From: Candidatus Iainarchaeum sp.
GTDB lineage: Archaea; Iainarchaeota; Iainarchaeia; Iainarchaeales; GCA-2688035
Reading direction: 5' to 3'
Assembly (NCBI GenBank): GCA_017610205.1
Contig: JAFCCL010000006.1
Coordinates: forward strand, 58,553 to 122,552
Length of the DNA stretch: 64,000 nucleotides
Shown in pieces: positions 58,751 to 64,000 of this stretch (the stretch's first letter is position 1; every line of letters starts with the position of its first letter). Position numbers and translations under genes: made by a program. The notes under the pieces are model-generated. The model ran no database searches. It was not told the origin of the DNA and saw nothing but the letters and a program-made list of their open reading frames with translations.

Positions 58751-58841
58751 CTTTTTAAACAAAGCCTAATCAAAGCAAAAGCTTATTAAGAATTACTTGG
58801 GGTAAAAATAGTTTAGGACTGCTTTTTTTGCAGGAAGTTTT

Positions 58842-60158
58842 TTGGTGAAAAATTTGGAACAGGAAAGGAAAACAGAGAAAAAGGAAACCGTGCAGAAAAG
58901 CACGGAAAATGTTGTTAAAAGCTCAAATGTCGAAGCTAAAAAGGCAGGTGTTAATACTGCTGAAAAAAGCAATGTTAAAGCAAAAGCAAAAAATGCAGAA
59001 AAGAAAAATTTCGTTGCCTTTTTTGAAAAAAACACTTGGCTTATTGCAGGAATTGCATGCATTGCAATTATTGCCTTACTAGTCGTGTCTATTGGAACTC
59101 CTGAAACTGCAAACGTTAACGATTTTCAGAACACAGGAAGCAATGCTGAAAGCGTTATCAAAATGATTATAGTTTCAAGCAACAGATGCGCAGGATGCGA
59201 AGAAGCCAATTCTTTTGAGGTTCTTTTTAGTGCAGAAGGAATAAGATACAATGTTCAAACAATTGAAGAAAGCACAATTGACGGCCAAAGCCTTATTCAG
59301 GCACTTGGAATAAAAAAGCTCCCTGCATATGTAATTGAAGAAGAGAGCATTGGAAGCGATGCAACAGTTACAACATCTGCCGGAGAATTTATACCACTTA
59401 AGAAACTGCTTCAAATTTACGTAGGACAGGGAAAGGGAACTTACAATGAAGGAATTTTTCAGTTTCCAGAAATGGACTTGGATGAGATTACCAGACCAAA
59501 GATTCTTTTAGAGGAACCATGCGGAAATGCAGAAAATATAAACATACAGCTTTTTGCCGACCCATACGATCCAAACAGCATTAGAAGAAGTATGGATGTT
59601 CAAAATTTTGTTGAAATTCTTAAAGGACTAGACGATGTAAATGTTTCATTTGGTTACAATTATTTACCAACCTACAGCAGGTTGCTTGAAACCTATTGGA
59701 TAAGTCAGTTTGGAGGAAGTCAAGAGGTTGTAAGGGAAAACATAGAGGGAGCTGCACGTTATTTGGTGTGTGCAAACAGGGAATTTGAACTTAAAAATTT
59801 TAACAAGCTGCAGCAGGAAATGTATGCTTTATACTGTGATTTGAATGCAGCGGAAATGCCACATTATGGTGCCGAACAGCTTTCAAAATGCATTGACAGT
59901 AACCATTTCAATTCATTTATTACAGCCGACGAGCTTAAGGAACTTGAAAGAAAGGCAATGCTTTACGACGGCATAAAACTCAGCCAATGCCTTTTTACTG
60001 TTGAAAACACAAGGTTTCCTGCAAGCATTGAACTTGCAAAAAAAGTAGGAATCATTAGAACTCCAACTGTTTTGATAAACTGCCAGTATGAAGTTCGCAT
60101 AGAACACATGGGTAAAGCAGTTTGCAGAATAAACAACAACCTGCCTGTTTGCAACTAG
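58842..60158 (+). CDS. Membrane-anchored thioredoxin/DsbA-like fold protein
   Basis: Charged N-tail, one TM, CAGC, LGIKKLPAY, C-terminal GIIRTPTVLINCQY. Confidence 0.6.
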   Translation: MVKNLEQERKTEKKETVQKSTENVVKSSNVEAKKAGVNTAEKSNVKAKAKNAEKKNFVAFFEKNTWLIAGIACIAIIALLVVSIGTPETANVNDFQNTGSNAESVIKMIIVSSNRCAGCEEANSFEVLFSAEGIRYNVQTIEESTIDGQSLIQALGIKKLPAYVIEEESIGSDATVTTSAGEFIPLKKLLQIYVGQGKGTYNEGIFQFPEMDLDEITRPKILLEEPCGNAENINIQLFADPYDPNSIRRSMDVQNFVEILKGLDDVNVSFGYNYLPTYSRLLETYWISQFGGSQEVVRENIEGAARYLVCANREFELKNFNKLQQEMYALYCDLNAAEMPHYGAEQLSKCIDSNHFNSFITADELKELERKAMLYDGIKLSQCLFTVENTRFPASIELAKKVGIIRTPTVLINCQYEVRIEHMGKAVCRINNNLPVCN

Positions 60159-60182
60159 GGTTTGAAAAGAAGGCGTTTTTGC

Positions 60183-60776
60183 ATGCCGACTGTTTTTTTT
60201 AAAGAAGCAAAACTTGTTGTTCTTTCAAATGTTTATTGCCCAAGTGAAGACAGCTTTCTTTTGGCAGAAAATGTTAAAGTAAAAATTAATGCAAGCATGT
60301 TGGATATTGGAACAGGTTCAGGAATTCAGGGAATAAATGCCGCAATGCAGGGTGCTGGAAAAATTATAAGCACAGATATTAATGAAAGAGCATTGCAAAA
60401 TGCAAAGAAAAATGCCAAGGCAATTGGGTTTGGCAAAAAAATTGAATTCAGAAAAGGAAGCCTTTTTGATTGTCTAAAAAAAGAAGAAACATTTGATGCA
60501 ATTGTGTTTAACCCGCCCTACGTTATTTCGGATGAAAAAAAATACGCCGACATTGACGGCGGAGTTAAGGGAAGAGAGGTTTTGGACAAATTTTTGAAAG
60601 GGTTTGCAACGCATTTGAAAAAAGAAGGAAAATGTTTTTTCCTGCAAAGCAGCCTAAATGGACAGCTTGAAACAGTTGAAATTTTGAAAAAACAAGGGTT
60701 TGAAGCAGAAATTTTATCAAGAAAAAGGCTATTTTTTGAAGAATTGCTTGTTTTTAGAACATTTAAAGCCCTCTGA
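60183..60776 (+). CDS. HemK2/PrmC-related SAM-dependent methyltransferase
   Basis: VYCPSEDSFLL, LDIGTGSG, FNPPY, DGGVKGRE. Confidence 0.9.
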   Translation: MPTVFFKEAKLVVLSNVYCPSEDSFLLAENVKVKINASMLDIGTGSGIQGINAAMQGAGKIISTDINERALQNAKKNAKAIGFGKKIEFRKGSLFDCLKKEETFDAIVFNPPYVISDEKKYADIDGGVKGREVLDKFLKGFATHLKKEGKCFFLQSSLNGQLETVEILKKQGFEAEILSRKRLFFEELLVFRTFKAL

Positions 60777-60812
60777 ATAGATTTTAATTTGTTTTCAGGC
60801 TTAGGTTATTGC

Positions 60813-61706
60813 ATGCCGTCAAATGTTTCCTTCGAATATGAAAACGCAGTGAGTGAATACCAGCAGGCTAATTCTCCAGAGGCAAAGCTTGCCGCCTTGA
60901 TTAAAATGAAGAGTGCTGCTCCAAGCCACAAAGGCGGAGAGAATTTAAGAAAAGACATCAGCAAAAAGATTTCGTTGTTAAAAAAAAGTATTGACAAGAA
61001 AAAAAAGATTGAGAAAAAAAAAGGAAGCAAAGAAAGCATTGCGGTTAGAAAAGAGGGACTTGGACAAATTGTTTTGGTTGGATTGCCAAATTCCGGAAAA
61101 AGCACTTTGCTGAATACGCTTACAGGAGTTGACACAAAAGTAGCACCATATCCTTTTACAACAAAAAAACCAGTTGTTGGAATGATGGATTATTTTGGAG
61201 GAAAGGTACAAATTGTTGAATTGCCTGCAATTGTTAAAGGAAGCAGCAGTGGAAAAGCAGACGGTCTACAGGTTCTTTCAATTGCAAGAAATTCAGACGC
61301 CATTATTTTGGTTGCTTTAGGAAAAGAACAGGAAAAAGCTGTTGCAGAAGAACTTTTAAAAAGTGGAATTTGTCTTGACAAAAAGCAGGATGGGAAAGAA
61401 TTTAAAAAAAGCCTTTCAATTAATGCATTTGAAAAACATGATTTGGAAAAATTAAGAGAAAAAATTTTCAGTCTGCTTGACAAAGTGCTTGTTTATACAA
61501 AAAAACCAGGAAGCAAAGCAGACTATGACTTGCCACTGGGACTGCCACTGCATTCAACTGTAAAAGATGTTGCAAGACAGTTGCACAAAGACTTTGAAAA
61601 AAAACTCAAATTTGCAAGAGTTTGGGGCAGTGCAAAATTCCCAGGGCAAAGGGTTTCAAAAGAATACAAGCTTAAAAACAAGGACATTGTTGAAATCTGT
61701 GCATAA
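60813..61706 (+). CDS. DRG/OBG-family GTPase with TGS domain
   Basis: VGLPNSGKSTL, PYPFTT, VYTK, ARVWGSAKFPGQRV. Confidence 0.9.
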   Translation: MPSNVSFEYENAVSEYQQANSPEAKLAALIKMKSAAPSHKGGENLRKDISKKISLLKKSIDKKKKIEKKKGSKESIAVRKEGLGQIVLVGLPNSGKSTLLNTLTGVDTKVAPYPFTTKKPVVGMMDYFGGKVQIVELPAIVKGSSSGKADGLQVLSIARNSDAIILVALGKEQEKAVAEELLKSGICLDKKQDGKEFKKSLSINAFEKHDLEKLREKIFSLLDKVLVYTKKPGSKADYDLPLGLPLHSTVKDVARQLHKDFEKKLKFARVWGSAKFPGQRVSKEYKLKNKDIVEICA

Positions 61707-61763
61707 GAAAACAACAGCAATTTGTTCAGCAGATTTTTATTCAGCAGGATTTTCTTCAACAAC

Positions 61764-62654
61764 CTATTCTTCAACAGGCTTTTCTTCAACAGGCTTTTCA
61801 AGCTTTTTTGAAGAACCTGAATCCCTCATTCTTGAAATAACTGCAACTGCAATAAGGAGGATTATTATTCCGCCTATTAGGTAAAGAATTGTTTGCCTGT
61901 TTTGAATTTCAACAGCAAAATATTTTTCAATCACGTGAGTTCCTTTGGAATCTTCAAAAACCACCTGCATTAACAGAGGAATTTTTCCGCTTACTTCAGG
62001 GTTTGCCACAAATAAAAATTCTTTTGCTTTATAGCCTTCGCCTGGATCAAGCGATGTTACAGTAACAACGCCTGCATTGGTTTCAAGCCCTTTAAAAACA
62101 ATTAGTTCTGCTTTTATGTTTTGAATCGGTTCTGTTCCCGCATTTTTAAGAGAAAGGGAAACTGAGCCTTCGCCGCCTGTGTCAAGAGCTGTTTTTGAAA
62201 GACTGGCGTTTATTTCCAGAGGATTTTCTTCAACCAGTACATAGGTTGCGCTTAGATTTGTGTATTCACCTATTCCGTAATCAACGTAAACAAAAAGATT
62301 GTTTGTGCTAAACTCTGTTGGCTTAAGTGTTACAAGCAACGATTCTTTTTCATGGGGTTCTATTAATTCAATTGTGGTTGCAAACATTGTTTTTTCCAAA
62401 CCATGGTCAATTAGTTTAAGACTTTCACCAACCGAAATTTTGAGCATTATGTTGCTTACAGGAATTTCCGAATCATTAAAAACCTCAATTTCATACTGAC
62501 CTGTTTCATCAATATAAAGGGATAAAGCAGGAATTCCAGGCTCTTTTGGAGAAATGTTGGCTAAAAGACTTGCATTGGCTGTTGAAAAAAGCAAAATTAG
62601 TGCAAAAGCCAGCAAAATGCAATTCTTTCCGGGTATTTTATTCATTCCAATCAT
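61764..62654 (-). CDS. Secreted Ig-like (CARDB/COG1361-like) protein with a C-terminal TM
   Basis: Signal peptide, two beta-sandwich repeats (LKNAGTEPIQNI...LDPGE), TM anchor. Confidence 0.7.
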   Translation of the reverse strand: MIGMNKIPGKNCILLAFALILLFSTANASLLANISPKEPGIPALSLYIDETGQYEIEVFNDSEIPVSNIMLKISVGESLKLIDHGLEKTMFATTIELIEPHEKESLLVTLKPTEFSTNNLFVYVDYGIGEYTNLSATYVLVEENPLEINASLSKTALDTGGEGSVSLSLKNAGTEPIQNIKAELIVFKGLETNAGVVTVTSLDPGEGYKAKEFLFVANPEVSGKIPLLMQVVFEDSKGTHVIEKYFAVEIQNRQTILYLIGGIIILLIAVAVISRMRDSGSSKKLEKPVEEKPVEE

Positions 62655-63987
62655 TTAATTCACCATCTTCTTTTTCCCCGGAAACAAGCCCTGAAATTTT
62701 TTCCCTGTTTTTCAAGGCATAGATAATTATTAGTGCAATTATTAATAAAACAACACCGGTAAAAAGCAAATCTGTATCAAAAGGCGGATCTGGCTCTTGG
62801 AGTCCGTCAGAATAAACTTTTAATGCATAATTTTTTGAACTTGAGGCATTGCTTTCAGATTGTTCAAAAGAACCTGCTTGATAAAATCCTTTTGCCTTGT
62901 CCCAGTCCTCTTTTGCATTTGTCAAATCCGCCTGATTATTCCACATGAAAAAATAGTCCTCGTTTAAGAGAAGTGTTATAAGCTGTTCAAGCGAAGCCTG
63001 TCCTGTTTTTTCCAAAATCTCAGAATCTGTTCCGTAAAGAGCCTGCATTGCATTGTTTCTTCGCTCCCTTGTTGAAAGGTCTGCTGAAAGGGCATCAACA
63101 TTTGATTGGGTGTTTATGAAAATTTGGTTAAGCCTTTCTTTTAAACTAACAAGAAAATTGGTTTTTGAATTGAATTTTTGGATGCTGTTTGGAAGATTAG
63201 CCAAAGCATTCAGGCCCTGCTTTGTTTCCAACGGCAAATCTGTCGATGCAATTGCCTGCCTCAATTCCTCAAGTTTTTCAAAATAAGAAGGCTGTTTTTC
63301 ATCAGGGTCGTGAATTAAAAGGATTTTCAATTCACTAATCATATCAAAGTCTTGGTCGATCATTTCTTTAAATTCTTTAAGTAAATTTGTGTCTGGATTA
63401 CTTTCAAATCTTGTTTGGAAAGAAGACGTTTCAAGCAACGAGTCACTTAGAGCATCAACAATGTCACGCATTTCGTCAAGCCTTAAGATTAACGAGTCTA
63501 TATCTTGCTGCAGATCCGGAAAATCTTTAAGTTCAGACTTAACCGTGATTAAATCAGTTTTTTCGTTTTTTAAATCAGCGTTGAGTTGCAAAAAATCGCT
63601 CACGCTTGCCGCGTCAAAAAGCCACAAGTTTAGATAAAGCAGTCTGGCTTGTTCAGCAACATCAGTCTTCAAATCAACATAATTCCATAGAAAGTAAGCT
63701 GTCTTAATCAGGTTGCGCCTTGCAATTATTGAATCAGGCAAGACAGGATTTGTTCTGTCAAGAATCGGAATGAAACTAGTAACGCTATCTCCATTGGGAA
63801 CCATTATAACCCAATAAGCTTTTCCAGAATCGATTATCTTTACAACTTGGAGAGTATCCAAAGATTCACTGCTGTAAAAGAAATTATTTTGCTTTGTTGC
63901 AAAATTTATGGCATCCTGTGCACTTATTGCAAAAGCCTGCGAACACAAAAAAAGCAAAGCTAATGCTATCAAAAACCTTTTGACCAT
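62638..63987 (-). CDS. Secreted helical/coiled-coil protein with a C-terminal TM
   Basis: Signal peptide, long helical region, TM and short tail; overlaps the next gene. Confidence 0.7.
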   Translation of the reverse strand: MVKRFLIALALLFLCSQAFAISAQDAINFATKQNNFFYSSESLDTLQVVKIIDSGKAYWVIMVPNGDSVTSFIPILDRTNPVLPDSIIARRNLIKTAYFLWNYVDLKTDVAEQARLLYLNLWLFDAASVSDFLQLNADLKNEKTDLITVKSELKDFPDLQQDIDSLILRLDEMRDIVDALSDSLLETSSFQTRFESNPDTNLLKEFKEMIDQDFDMISELKILLIHDPDEKQPSYFEKLEELRQAIASTDLPLETKQGLNALANLPNSIQKFNSKTNFLVSLKERLNQIFINTQSNVDALSADLSTRERRNNAMQALYGTDSEILEKTGQASLEQLITLLLNEDYFFMWNNQADLTNAKEDWDKAKGFYQAGSFEQSESNASSSKNYALKVYSDGLQEPDPPFDTDLLFTGVVLLIIALIIIYALKNREKISGLVSGEKEDGELNDWNE

Positions 63988-64000
63988 TGAATAGTAATAA

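Larger units (their letters stand above)
58169..58766 (+). mobile_element. Internally deleted IS (IS5-family/IS903-like ends) with a cargo fragment
   Basis: TIRs ggcgttgtttaaaaactc / gactttttaaacaaagcc (16/18); 9-bp TSD taatcaaag at 58160-58168 and 58767-58775. Confidence 0.85.

Overview
AT-rich archaeal chromosomal segment. The thermosome, TBP, Alba, Sec61beta, deoxyhypusine synthase, class III pilin and C/D-box sRNAs point to an archaeon. The many bacterial-type genes (sigma-70-like protein, queuine-type Tgt, RNase HIII, ABC-F) suggest a DPANN lineage such as Ca. Iainarchaeota/Diapherotrites; this is inference. Housekeeping genes are interleaved with about eight toxin-antitoxin pairs, glycan genes and surface-protein genes. 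The most striking unannotated pattern is that short gene blocks, mostly TA pairs, sit between direct repeats. Two repeat sets are fragments of C/D-box guide sRNA genes (4699-4761 minus; 54305-54369 plus), one is the 3' end of tRNA-Leu, and two are anonymous 37-39 bp repeats. No integrase is present in the window. Other highlights are a tRNA-Ile(UAU) with a structured leader just upstream of ileS, a GH63-like hydrolase with a transposed N-terminal segment, and a membrane-domain/AdoMetDC fusion beside deoxyhypusine synthase. The window also holds a set of very basic orphan proteins with bacterial-type domains, a deleted IS with TIRs/TSD carrying a MutH-type nuclease fragment, an intein in a HerA-like ATPase, and two small ORFs below the ORF-track cutoff. 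All product calls come from motif recognition by eye; no database searches were run.
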